From an uncultured archaeon (GTDB taxonomy: Archaea > Thermoproteota > Nitrososphaeria > Nitrososphaerales > Gagatemarchaeaceae), in the NCBI GenBank assembly GCA_963817525.1, contig CAWFOU010000001.1, positions 704,001-768,000 on the forward strand: DNA of 64,000 nucleotides. The letters run 5' to 3'. How positions within the stretch are numbered: the stretch's first letter is position 1; every line of letters begins with the position of its first letter. The translations under genes were made by a program, and so were the position numbers. Under the pieces are notes generated by a model. That model worked only from the letters and a program-made list of their open reading frames with translations. It was not told the DNA's origin and searched no databases. Positions 1-9,191 of the stretch are shown in pieces.

Positions 1-1228
1 CGAAGATGGCGGCCCCCACCATCACGTAGTGGAAGTGCCCCACGACGAAGTACGTGTTGTTGTAGACCACGTCAAGGACGAAGGACGAGAGGAACACCCC
101 AGTGATACCTCCGATGATGAACAGGAAGACCGAACCGATGCAGAAGAGCATCGGCGTCGTGAGCCTGATGGAGGATTTGGTCAGGGTCTTGATGAACGCG
201 AGCGTGATCACGTCGAAGGGGAGCGATATCAGGATGGTGGCCACGCTGAAGGCCTCGTCCTCGCTGAGGGTCACCCCCGTGAGGAACATGTGGTGCGACC
301 ACACCATGTAGCTCAGCGGGATTATGATCGCGCCGGTGCAGATGAGTATGACGTTCTTCTCGGCGAGCGGCCTCCCCGAGAAGACGGGGAAGATCTCGGC
401 GATGAGGCCGAAGGCGGGGAGGAGCACCACGTACACCTCCGGGTGCCCGAAGAACCAGAACAGGTCGTCCCAGAGTATCGAGCCTCCCGCCGAGGCGGTG
501 AAGTACATCGTCCCCAGCACTCGGTCGGATACGAGGAGGAGCAGCGCCGCGAGGAGGGCTGGGAACGAGAAGAGCATCGCGAGTATCGTGAAGAGTATGA
601 ACCAGCTGAACATGGGGATCTTGCGCCAGGTCATGCCGGGGCCGCGGTTCGTGGCCACCGTGAGCACGATGTTGATGCTGCCGATGGTGATCGAGGTGGC
701 GAGCATTATCAGACCGACGAAGGCCATCGTCGGTCCTGGGCCAGGCGTGAACTGCGACCCGGACAGTGGGGCGTACACGGTCCAACCTCCGTCCGCATTT
801 CCGCCGGGTAGGAAGAACCCGAGCGTTGCGATGACCCCTCCGAAGAGCCACAGCCAGTAGCCGAGCGCGTTGACCCTGGGGAGCGCGAGGTCGGTCGCGC
901 CTATCTGCAGCGGCATGAAGTAGTTGGCAAAGCCGATCGCCAGTGGCGACAGGAACCAGAGTATCATGATGAGGCCGTGGAGAGTGACGGCCTGGTCGAA
1001 CGCCGCGGCGCTCAAGAAGGTCGACGACGAGCTCGAGTAGCACAGGCCGAGGAACGCGCCGGGCGCGCTCGTCGTCCCAGGGGCGCAGGTCGGGATCGCG
1101 AGCTGGACGCGGACCAGGAGGATCAGGATCGACCCGATGAAGCCGAAGTACATCGAGCCGACGATGTAGAGGATCCCGATGTCCTTGTGGTTGGTGGTGT
1201 AGAGCCACCGCTTTAGCCAATCGTTCAT
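1..1228 (-). CDS. coxA: Heme-copper oxidase subunit I, A-type (runs off window start)
   Basis: Manual translation: MNDWLKRWLYTTNHKDIG, LHGLIMI, DLALPRVN, GGWTVYAPL, WFFGHPEVY, VWSHHMF, VVGHFHYV. Absent from the ORF track because no stop lies in the window. Confidence 0.97.
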   Translation of the reverse strand, partial: MNDWLKRWLYTTNHKDIGILYIVGSMYFGFIGSILILLVRVQLAIPTCAPGTTSAPGAFLGLCYSSSSSTFLSAAAFDQAVTLHGLIMILWFLSPLAIGFANYFMPLQIGATDLALPRVNALGYWLWLFGGVIATLGFFLPGGNADGGWTVYAPLSGSQFTPGPGPTMAFVGLIMLATSITIGSINIVLTVATNRGPGMTWRKIPMFSWFILFTILAMLFSFPALLAALLLLVSDRVLGTMYFTASAGGSILWDDLFWFFGHPEVYVVLLPAFGLIAEIFPVFSGRPLAEKNVILICTGAIIIPLSYMVWSHHMFLTGVTLSEDEAFSVATILISLPFDVITLAFIKTLTKSSIRLTTPMLFCIGSVFLFIIGGITGVFLSSFVLDVVYNNTYFVVGHFHYVMVGAAIF

Positions 1229-1234
1229 GCTGCC

Positions 1235-1951
1235 CTAGTTACCTCCGCTCGTCGACGTGCTGGTCGTCGTGATGGAGGAGGAGGTCGCGAAAAGCGCCGG
1301 CGGAGTCTGCGACGGGAGCTTGGAGTACCAGGTCTGGTACTGCTGGTCTGGCAGGACCACGAGCTTCGATATCATGAGCGCGTGCCCGACTCCGCAGAGC
1401 TGCCTGCACTGGATCGTGTAGACCCCGGTCTGGGTCGCGTTGAACCACACCTGGTTGTAGATCCCCGGCTGAGCGTCTTTCCCGACATCAAGGGCGGGGA
1501 TGAAGAACCCGTGCGTGACGTCTGCGGAGGTTATGTTCAGGATGATTATCTGGTTCTGGGGCACGGTGAGGTTCTGGAAGTCGGTGTACCCGTTGGGATA
1601 CACGTAGCTCCAGGAGAACTGCCGGCCGAGGACGCCCACGTTCACCCCGGGGTCGCTGGGCAGGGCGACGAGGTTCGCGGAGGCGAAGGTCTCGTACTCG
1701 ACGAAGGTGAGCACCGTGCCCGTCACGCAGAGGAGCATCAGGATGCCCTTCCAGTTCCCCCATTCTCCCTTCTCCTCGTGGAACGCGGGAACCGCGCGCC
1801 CCGGCCTCTCGCGGTTCTTCACGATCATGGCGACCATGTAGCCGATCGCGATGATCGCTGCGGCGCCGCCGAGGATGAGATAGTAGTTCTGGAGCGTGGT
1901 AAAGATTTGAACTGTAGGAGGTGTCGCGACTACGTCTGGCGAGACAAACAT
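1235..1951 (-). CDS. coxB: Cytochrome c oxidase subunit II (CuA)
   Basis: Two TM helices, GRQFSWSYVYP, DVTHGFFIP, CRQLCGVGHALM. ATG 1951 chosen because a TATA-like TTATATGAAA lies about 25 nt upstream. Confidence 0.95.
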   Translation of the reverse strand: MFVSPDVVATPPTVQIFTTLQNYYLILGGAAAIIAIGYMVAMIVKNRERPGRAVPAFHEEKGEWGNWKGILMLLCVTGTVLTFVEYETFASANLVALPSDPGVNVGVLGRQFSWSYVYPNGYTDFQNLTVPQNQIIILNITSADVTHGFFIPALDVGKDAQPGIYNQVWFNATQTGVYTIQCRQLCGVGHALMISKLVVLPDQQYQTWYSKLPSQTPPALFATSSSITTTSTSTSGGN

Positions 1952-2070
1952 GCAGCATGCAGGCCCCGTGAATATTTCATATAAGTCTTGTTCGCGTCGA
2001 GGGTCGGTGTCGTCGACCCTCGCCAACGCATATCTACTCGTCGGCGGGACAGACCTGTGCAAGAGAAAGT

Positions 2071-2159
2071 GGTGGGGTGGCGGAGCGGTTACGCGTGCGC
2101 CTGCAGTTGTCGGCGAGGCCGGGAGCGCATTCACGTGGGTTCGAGTCCCACCCCCACCT
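2071..2159 (+). tRNA. tRNA-Cys(GCA) with ~17-nt intron at 37/38 (2107-2123)
   Basis: Acceptor GGTGGGG/CCCCACC, U73 discriminator, anticodon stem TGCGC/GCGCA with CT-GCA-G, T arm GTGGG-TTCGAGT-CCCAC. Confidence 0.9.
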
Positions 2160-2232
2160 GACCCTGTACTCCTATCTTTTGCCCGCTTATGGGCATATCG
2201 TCTGGATTGCGCTCATTTCGGCGTTTACTAGC

Positions 2233-3065
2233 TCAATCCCGACTATTTCTTCTCGAAGAGTCTCCGATGAGACCCTCCAAATCTTTCTTCTTCCTTGCGA
2301 TAGAAAACCCTATCAAGTCTTGATAGCCGCGACGTGAACCAGCTCTCACGTAGATGTAGTACTGGTCTTTGTTCACTCGATATTCATGGCCCTTGATTAT
2401 GACCGTACCTCCTTTTTCCTTCGCCAGATGAGGACCGGTAACTTCAATAGCAAAACTCTCCAGTACCTCTGTCACGAGTGCCAGCTTCTCAAGGTCACCG
2501 TTCGAAGCGGCAAGTTTTCCACGCGCTGATCCTTCAGAATCAAAGAAGCCCCGAACGAAGGCACTCATGCAAGCTTTGCAATGGAAAATTGAACTTCGCA
2601 ACTCACTAATTGGTTGAAGAAGGAATCGTTGAAGGAGCAGGCTCGATGCCTGAACATGCCAAGCGCGAGTCTTGTCGTGCCATTTTACCTTCGGCGGACT
2701 TCTTTGCAGAATCTTCGAGAGGCATTTCGAGAATTCCTCCGCGAAGTCCTTGTCTGTCACCCTCAGTTTGATCATGTAATTGTAATGGCTGACGCTAGTA
2801 GAGGCATCTCCATCTTTACGCCTATGACATAGGCGAGGTCGGGCCTTGGAGCCGCGTCAAACCTTGACACATATCCGAACGGATTGTGTTTGCCGTTTAT
2901 CCATCCGGAGATGTGCGACTTTCTGAGAGTGACTCCATGCTCAGCCTCTATCTTCTTGATGATCTTGTTGTAGCTGAGCCCTTCCTTTCTCAGCTGGAGG
3001 ACAAGGCGGTAGAGCTTCTCCCTCTCGACCGTCGGCCTCAGCTTGACGCCAGCCCTGCTCGGCAC
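2233..3065 (-). pseudogene. Free-standing LAGLIDADG endonuclease with N-terminal HTH, frameshifted near 2810
   Basis: ORF 2772-3065 ends LAYVIGVKM and the next frame continues DASTS...AFVRGFFDSEG. Restoring one G (ATG GGA GAT) gives LAYVIGVKMGDAS. Confidence 0.85.
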
Positions 3066-3146
3066 AATCCCTTATGCGACTATTCCTAATAACGACCCAT
3101 TTCGCGCTGGAAAAGATAAAAACGCGACCGACGGCCCGCCTCCATC

Positions 3147-3521
3147 TTGAAGACCGTAAAGTCGAAGAAAGCGCCCGAGCCCATCGGGCCGTACTCTCAG
3201 GCAGTCGTCGTGAAGAACCTCGTCTTCGTATCGGGGATGATAGCCATCGACCCGGCGACGGGCAAGATGGTGAGCGGCGGGGTCAAGGAGCAGACCGAGC
3301 GCGCGCTTGTGAGCCTCAAGGCGGTCTTGAAGGCGGCAGGCACATCCGAAGAGAAGGTTGCGAAGACCACCGTCTTCATCAAGGAGGCATCGATGTTCAA
3401 GGAGATGAACGAGGCCTACGCGAAGTTCTTCGGCAAGCACAAGCCCGCTAGGGCCACCCTGGTGACCGGGTTCCCGAGGGACGACGTCCTCGTAGAGATA
3501 GAAGCGGTCGCCACGAGATAG
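3147..3521 (+). CDS. ridA: RidA/YjgF enamine deaminase
   Basis: APEPIGPYSQAV, FVSGMI, MNEAYAKFF, PARAT, VEIEAVA. Confidence 0.95.
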   Translation: MKTVKSKKAPEPIGPYSQAVVVKNLVFVSGMIAIDPATGKMVSGGVKEQTERALVSLKAVLKAAGTSEEKVAKTTVFIKEASMFKEMNEAYAKFFGKHKPARATLVTGFPRDDVLVEIEAVATR

Positions 3522-3542
3522 AAGACGGAGTCGCCGGGGTCG

Positions 3543-3659
3543 GTGACGTTGGATCGCTGCCCTTGCTGCGGGACTCCGATGGAAGTGGTCTCCGAGACGC
3601 AGACCAAGTTCACCCTGAGGTGCCCGAACTGCCTGACGACAGACCTCAGGATAAAGTAG
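3543..3659 (+). CDS. 38-aa CPxCG-type zinc-finger microprotein
   Basis: MTLDRCPCCGTPMEVVSETQTKFTLRCPNCLTTDLRIK*; two CxxC knuckles, fills the gap after ridA. Confidence 0.7.
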   Translation: MTLDRCPCCGTPMEVVSETQTKFTLRCPNCLTTDLRIK

Positions 3660-3705
3660 GAAGAGCCCAGGCCGCCTTTCCGCGTGAGACCTCTGTAGGC
3701 GTCGC

Positions 3706-5850
3706 TCAGACGAAGAGCGCGTAGATCACGATGGCGGAGACGAAGACGATGGATATCGTGTTGAGGACCTTGATCAGCGAGTTGATCGCGGGCCCCGCTG
3801 TGTCCTTGAACGGGTCGCCCACGGTGTCGCCCATCACGGCCGCGGCGTGCGTAGGCGTCCCCTTGCCTCCGTACGCGCCCGTCTCGATGTACTTCTTCGC
3901 GTTGTCCCAAGCGGCGCCGCCGTTGGTCATCGTAAAGGCCAGATATACTCCCGCGACCACGCTCCCTATCAGCACCCCTCCAAGAGAGAGAGGGCCGAGG
4001 ACGAAGCCGACCACTAGCGGCGTGAGCACGGCGAGCGTCGCCGGGGCAGCGAGCTCCTTGATGGCCGCGGCCGTGCTGATGTCCACGCACTTTGCATAGT
4101 CGGGCTTCCCCGTCCCTTCCATTATCCCGGGGATCTCCTTGAACTGCCGCCTGACTTCGTTGACCATCTTCATGGCGGCGCGGCCGACGGCCTGAATGAG
4201 GAAGCTGGAGAAGTAGAACGGGAGGAGGCTGCCTATGAAGAGGCCGATTATCACGTGGGGGTCGCTGAGCGTGAACGAGAGCGTCCCGCCCGGCGCGAGC
4301 CCGTACTTTGAGAAGAGGTTGTGAAGCGCGATCTGCCTGTTCACCTCGTACTGGAAGGCCTCGAAGATCGAGACCGCCGCCAGCGCGGCCGACATCACGG
4401 CGAACGCCTTGGTGGTGGCCTTGGTCGTGTTCCCGATGGCGTCGAGCTCGTCGGTGACGGTCCGCACGTTCCCCTCGAGCCCTGCCATCTCGGCGATCCC
4501 GTTGGCGTTGTCTGTGATAGGCCCGAAGGAGTCTATCGACATGATCACCCCGGTCAGGGAGAGCATCGACATCGTCGTGATGGCAGTGCTGTACACGCCC
4601 ATCAGGGTGTTGGAGCCGGAGCCGTAGAAGCCCAGGTAGTACGAGACGAGGAGTGCCACGACCAGGACGACGGCCGAGGGCGCGGTGCTCTGCAGGCCCG
4701 TCGAGAAGCCGGCCAAGAAGTTGGTCGCCGCCCCTGTCTGGCTCGCCTCTGCGATGTGCCTGACGGGCGGGTAGAGATACGACGTGAAGTAGTCCGCGAC
4801 CCTCTCTATCACCACCACGACGACGACGCCGACGATCGCGCTTCCGAAGAGATAGTATGAGATCGAGTTGCCGCCGAAGAGAGATTGCCCGAGGAAGTAG
4901 TCTATGGCGACGGTGATAACGGCGGCGATCATCAGGGCGACGTTGAGCGCGGCGAGGGGCCCGGATTTTATCGAGCGGCGAATGTAGAGCCCGCCTATTA
5001 TCGAGCCGATGATCCCGGCGACCCCCAGGGTGAGAGGATAGAGTATCAGGTCATTGGCGCTGATTATGGAGAGGAGGGAAGCTGGCTTGGCCAGCTGGAC
5101 GAGGCCTCCGAGTATCACCGCCGCTATTGCCGTGACCACGAACGACTCGTACACGTCCGCGCCCATCCCCGCGCAGTCGCCCACGTTGTCGCCGACGTTG
5201 TCCGCGATCACGGCGGGGTTGCGCGGGTCGTCCTCGGGGATGTTCGCCTCGACCTTGCCCACCAGGTCAGCGCCCACGTCAGCGGCCTTGGTGTAGATGC
5301 CACCTGAGACTCTCATGAACATGGCGATGAGCGACGCGCCGAAGCCCAGCCCCGCCATGGTGGCGGGGTTCGCCGTTATCGTCCCCTGATAGGCGATGTA
5401 GAACAGAGAGAGCCCCAAGAGCCCAAAGCCGACCACGGCCATGCCCATCACGCTTCCTCCCCTGAAGGAGACGGTGAGGGCTGGGCCCAGCCCGCTCTTC
5501 GCAGCCTCCGCGGTCCTCGAGCTCGTCCTAACGGTTATCGCCATCCCGACGTAGCCCGCGAAGGCCGAGAGTGCGGCGCCCACCACGAACCCGACTGCGA
5601 TTGCTCCGCCCGTACCGAGGGGGATGTCGATGAAGACGTAGATCGCGATGGCGACGATGACCGCGACCGGCGCGATCACGCGGTACTCCCTCGAGAGGAA
5701 CGCGTTCGCGCCCTCCTTGACCGCCCCCGCTATCTCCTGCATCTTTGGGGTGCCCGGGTTCTGCGACCTTACGTTGAAGATCAGGACGACCGCGTAGAGG
5801 AGCGCGATCAGCGCTCCCACCACGGCCAGAAGGCTATAGTCCATCGCCAT
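3706..5850 (-). CDS. hppA: Membrane H+-translocating pyrophosphatase, K+-independent signature
   Basis: GGIYTKAADVGADLVGKVE, DNVGDNVGD, GNTTKA (Lys = K+-independent type), GDTVGDPFKD. Confidence 0.97.
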   Translation of the reverse strand: MAMDYSLLAVVGALIALLYAVVLIFNVRSQNPGTPKMQEIAGAVKEGANAFLSREYRVIAPVAVIVAIAIYVFIDIPLGTGGAIAVGFVVGAALSAFAGYVGMAITVRTSSRTAEAAKSGLGPALTVSFRGGSVMGMAVVGFGLLGLSLFYIAYQGTITANPATMAGLGFGASLIAMFMRVSGGIYTKAADVGADLVGKVEANIPEDDPRNPAVIADNVGDNVGDCAGMGADVYESFVVTAIAAVILGGLVQLAKPASLLSIISANDLILYPLTLGVAGIIGSIIGGLYIRRSIKSGPLAALNVALMIAAVITVAIDYFLGQSLFGGNSISYYLFGSAIVGVVVVVVIERVADYFTSYLYPPVRHIAEASQTGAATNFLAGFSTGLQSTAPSAVVLVVALLVSYYLGFYGSGSNTLMGVYSTAITTMSMLSLTGVIMSIDSFGPITDNANGIAEMAGLEGNVRTVTDELDAIGNTTKATTKAFAVMSAALAAVSIFEAFQYEVNRQIALHNLFSKYGLAPGGTLSFTLSDPHVIIGLFIGSLLPFYFSSFLIQAVGRAAMKMVNEVRRQFKEIPGIMEGTGKPDYAKCVDISTAAAIKELAAPATLAVLTPLVVGFVLGPLSLGGVLIGSVVAGVYLAFTMTNGGAAWDNAKKYIETGAYGGKGTPTHAAAVMGDTVGDPFKDTAGPAINSLIKVLNTISIVFVSAIVIYALFV

Positions 5851-5896
5851 GTTATGGGAAACTGAGCGCTCTGGGCTTCGCGAACTGGTTATAAGT

Positions 5897-6898
5897 CTAC
5901 AGGCGATGTTTCCTTCTGGTCATCGCGTAGCACGCGATGAGAGGCAGTGAGGTCGTGGCGTCGGCGATGAGGGTGACCTTCTTCGCCGAAGGCCTCACCT
6001 TGCCCCAGGAAACGGCCTCCTTGACCTGGGCGCCGCTGAGGCTGCCGTCGTATTCAGTCGCTGTCGTGATATAGCAGGCGTAGTCAAGGCCTCCCTTGAA
6101 TTGGGACCACCACAACAGATGATGCTTCGATATCCCGCCGCCTATCACCAGCGCGCCGCTCTTCTTCGAGTCGAAGGTGATGTCCGCGAGCCTCTTCTCG
6201 TCCCCTATGACGTCGACCCGAAAGTCGCTCCGCCTGTTCGCGAATAGCCAGATCTGCGAGCCCACCGCGCCGTCCATCGGGCCGGGGACGAAGATCGGCA
6301 CCTTCTTCTTTCTCGCCCAGTAGAGTATCGAGTGCTCGTCCCCCAGCTCCCCGAGCTCGAAGCAGAGCTGCTCTGTGGTCATGCTCCTCGTCCCCTCCTG
6401 ATACTTGCGCTCCAGCCAGGGCTGGAGGCGCTTCTCGATGGCGGGGCCATAGGTCTCGAGGGGGACGAGGACGTTCCCCAGCCTGTGGTAGCCCATCTTC
6501 TTCACCTTCAAGTCGTCTAGGTCGAAGCTCCCGTGGTAGTAGTCCCCCCAGCTCCGCGCGAGGTCGTGGTCGAGGGTCCCCGAGGCCGTGATTATCACGT
6601 CCACCATCCCTTCGCGTATCATGTCGACGATCACCCCCCTCGTCCCCGTGGCCACCAGGGCGGCCGGGAAGGAGAGGAACTTCGTGCACTTTGTGTCGTC
6701 GAGCATCGCGGTGTAGACCTTCGCCGCCTCGGCGAGGTGCCTCCCCATGAAGCCCCCGGCTGCGTCCATCTGGTCGACGAGCGAGGCGACCTCCTTGGAG
6801 GGCTCGAGGCGGATGTCCCTGACCTTCTCTGGCAACTGGATTTCGGGCCAGGCCTTTCGTCCTTTAAAGTCGTTCGCGGCCGGAGCAGTTTCAGGCAT
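5897..6898 (-). CDS. dys: Deoxyhypusine synthase
   Basis: GYHRLGNVLVP, PGPMDGAVG, IGGGISKHH, EYDGSLSGA, EAVSWGK. Start MPETAP; the upstream part of the track ORF is antisense to the TFB gene. Confidence 0.95.
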   Translation of the reverse strand: MPETAPAANDFKGRKAWPEIQLPEKVRDIRLEPSKEVASLVDQMDAAGGFMGRHLAEAAKVYTAMLDDTKCTKFLSFPAALVATGTRGVIVDMIREGMVDVIITASGTLDHDLARSWGDYYHGSFDLDDLKVKKMGYHRLGNVLVPLETYGPAIEKRLQPWLERKYQEGTRSMTTEQLCFELGELGDEHSILYWARKKKVPIFVPGPMDGAVGSQIWLFANRRSDFRVDVIGDEKRLADITFDSKKSGALVIGGGISKHHLLWWSQFKGGLDYACYITTATEYDGSLSGAQVKEAVSWGKVRPSAKKVTLIADATTSLPLIACYAMTRRKHRL

Positions 6899-7006
6899 CC
6901 CGCCCCCCTCCGCAACGGGCCGACACCATGGAGGGCGATGAGGCCGAGCGCGACGGCTTCCCGGTAGCCGGCCCAGGAGATTACTCCGGGGCGCCTGGCT
7001 CCCCTC

Positions 7007-8038
7007 ATGCTTACTTCGGCTTACTCTGTGGACGACGTCAGGTGCGCGAACTGCTCGGGGAGGATGGTCGACATCGACGAGGAGATAGTCTGCTCGTCGT
7101 GCGGGAGCGTCAGGCCAAAGGAGGTCGTGGCCGGCGCGGGGGGCGGCCCGGCCGCCGCGAGGAGGGCGCACGCGGTGGACTACACCAACCACTCGCTCGG
7201 GAGCTTCCTCGGGCCCATCGAGCACGACCGAGACGAGCCGCCCTCCAAGGGGCTCTCCGGCTCCTCCTCGACGTTCAGGTACCTCAAGACCATCTCCGAC
7301 TACTCGCAGGTGGACGAGGCGGGGGTCTACCCCTGCGCGAAGCTCATCGAGAGGATATGCGAGAAGCTCTCGCTGCCCCCGGGGGTGACAGGCCAGGCCA
7401 TAGCCGTGTCCAAGGGGCTGCTCGTCATCAGGAAGCAGCGGACGGGGTACACGATAGCGGCGATCGCAGCGTTCTCGATTATCAGCGCCTGCAGGATCTG
7501 CGGCGTCCCGAGCGTCGGCGTGAAGGAGGTGGTCGCAGCTCACAGGGCGCTCGGGCACAACGTGAGGCCGTCCACGCTCATCAGGATGGGGTTCGACTCC
7601 CCGGTGAAGGCGAGCGCGATGAGGGCGGAGGAGCACCTGGGGAGGGTGGCGGCCCGCCTCTCGGAGACCCTGCCCGGGCTCGGCGCGCCCCCAGGCTACC
7701 AGTACAGGCTGCTCCATCTGGCGAGGAGGGCGCTCGCGACGCTGGACTCCTCGGTGAGGGGCGGGCACAGCCCCTGCGCCCTCGCCGCGACGAGCTTCTA
7801 CGCGGCGGAGATCGCAGTCTCGCAGAGCGAGTCCAGGAAGAGGTTCTTCACCCAGAGGGACGCCGCCAACTGCGTCAACGTGGCGGAGTACACGGTCAGG
7901 GAGCAGTTCTGCGAGCTCTTCAGGCCGAGGTGGGACGAGATCTACGACGAGCTCAGGCCTATGCTGTGGTCCCAGAGCCAAGGACCCTCCAGTCAAAGCT
8001 CCCTGTCGCCCCCTCGACTCCAGGCTCGACGAGCGTGA
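7007..8038 (+). CDS. Divergent transcription factor B (TFIIB-family) paralog
   Basis: N-terminal Zn ribbon (CANC...EIVCSSCGSV), two cyclin-like repeats (ICEKLSLP; GHSPCALAATSFY; TQRDAA..VAEYTVRE). Confidence 0.85.
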   Translation: MLTSAYSVDDVRCANCSGRMVDIDEEIVCSSCGSVRPKEVVAGAGGGPAAARRAHAVDYTNHSLGSFLGPIEHDRDEPPSKGLSGSSSTFRYLKTISDYSQVDEAGVYPCAKLIERICEKLSLPPGVTGQAIAVSKGLLVIRKQRTGYTIAAIAAFSIISACRICGVPSVGVKEVVAAHRALGHNVRPSTLIRMGFDSPVKASAMRAEEHLGRVAARLSETLPGLGAPPGYQYRLLHLARRALATLDSSVRGGHSPCALAATSFYAAEIAVSQSESRKRFFTQRDAANCVNVAEYTVREQFCELFRPRWDEIYDELRPMLWSQSQGPSSQSSLSPPRLQARRA

Positions 8039-8735
8039 ACCAGTAGGCCGCCGAGCACGAGGCGGCGTAGCTCCAGCCCGCGGACAAATCGAACCCTAGG
8101 CCGGACGCTACGTCCACCAGCCCCGGCAGAGCTGCATCGAACGCCTCCTCCTCCACTGTGGCATTGCAAGGCGAGGCCGAGAGCGCCGCGGCGAGGGCGC
8201 CCGCCGTAGAGGCGCAGAGCGAGGAGGCAGCGCTCACCCGAATCGGGAGGTTCAGGGCGTGGGTCTCTTGTCTCACGAGCGAGACGGAGCCGCCTCCCCC
8301 GACCTCCCTCACGCTCAGGACCTCACGCAGGCCCAGCGTCCCGGGGACGTACCCCGCGAAGGGCGCCACCAGCGTCAGGTTGTCCTCCACTGCTGTTGTG
8401 GTCGGCCACTCGTTGGCGGTCGCGTTCGCCTGGTAGGAGATCCCAGAGTCCTCTCCGGAGGTCGAGCTCGACGCGGCAAGCGAGCCCAGGTACTGCGGCA
8501 GATCAGCGCAATCGGCTGGGGTCGACGAGAGGTACCCCTGCGCCTGGGCGAGGACGTCGAGCGAGAGGCTCCCCGAGAGAGACCGCTCCAGCAGCAGCTC
8601 CCGGGACTCCGTGCCCGAGGCCTGGGCGCTCGCGGCGAGGTTGTCCTGGGCCGTCATCACGGTCGCGTCGGCCACCACCAAGACCGTGAGGAGGACGACC
8701 GAGGCGAGGGTCGCGGCTACCGCCTTACGAGCCAT
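7959..8735 (-). CDS. Large minor pilin / pilus-associated secreted protein
   Basis: Class III-like leader MARKA followed by a hydrophobic helix; paired Cys; last gene of the pilin-like operon. Confidence 0.65.
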   Translation of the reverse strand: MARKAVAATLASVVLLTVLVVADATVMTAQDNLAASAQASGTESRELLLERSLSGSLSLDVLAQAQGYLSSTPADCADLPQYLGSLAASSSTSGEDSGISYQANATANEWPTTTAVEDNLTLVAPFAGYVPGTLGLREVLSVREVGGGGSVSLVRQETHALNLPIRVSAASSLCASTAGALAAALSASPCNATVEEEAFDAALPGLVDVASGLGFDLSAGWSYAASCSAAYWFTLVEPGVEGATGSFDWRVLGSGTTA

Positions 8736-9082
8736 GCCTCTAACACCACGGTGCGGGATGGGAGGGTGAGGGTGAGCGAGGAGGACGCGAGGGGCGAGGA
8801 GGGCCCGGCCTGCGGGGAGCACGGCGAGCCTTGGATCAGGACGCCGATCTCCAGGGTGGAGTTGCTCGCCTCCGCGACTGAGGCGCAGACGGCCGATGTG
8901 GGCGAGGTCGCGAGGAAGGGCAGACCGACGTGTCCCATGTACGCCAGCATCGCGGAGTCGAGCGACGACTGAGCCCCTGCCTCCGCGGCTGTTTCTTGCG
9001 GGGCGACCGGGTTCATGAGGACGATGAGCGAGAGGCACAGCGCGGCGTAGCCGGACGCCACCGCGATGTCGATGATCTGCAA
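8717..9082 (-). CDS. Pilin-like protein
   Basis: MQIID plus N-terminal hydrophobic helix, small Cys-containing domain, overlaps neighbour. Confidence 0.6.
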   Translation of the reverse strand: MQIIDIAVASGYAALCLSLIVLMNPVAPQETAAEAGAQSSLDSAMLAYMGHVGLPFLATSPTSAVCASVAEASNSTLEIGVLIQGSPCSPQAGPSSPLASSSLTLTLPSRTVVLEAWLVRR

Positions 9083-9086
9083 AGGC

Positions 9087-9191
9087 CTAGCCCCCCAGCC
9101 CGAGGTGCGACAAGACCACCGAGAGCCCGAGGAGGGTCGCGCTCGTCAGCATCGCCAGGGCGATGCAGACCTCCACATAGTCCTCAATCAT
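9087..9191 (-). CDS. 34-aa single-helix pilin-like microprotein
   Basis: MIEDYVEVCIALAMLTSATLLGLSVVLSHLGLGG*; fills the gap, start overlaps upstream stop. Confidence 0.6.
   Translation of the reverse strand: MIEDYVEVCIALAMLTSATLLGLSVVLSHLGLGG

Noticed and set aside
29-1220. Long track ORFs over coxA, and similar shadow ORFs throughout (e.g. 33275-34819, 51332-53215)
   Set aside because: Antisense or off-frame artefacts of high GC3; the real genes are identified by motifs in other frames.
6899-7996. Apparent 699-aa deoxyhypusine synthase with long N-terminal extension
   Set aside because: The extension is the antisense shadow of the TFB-like gene.
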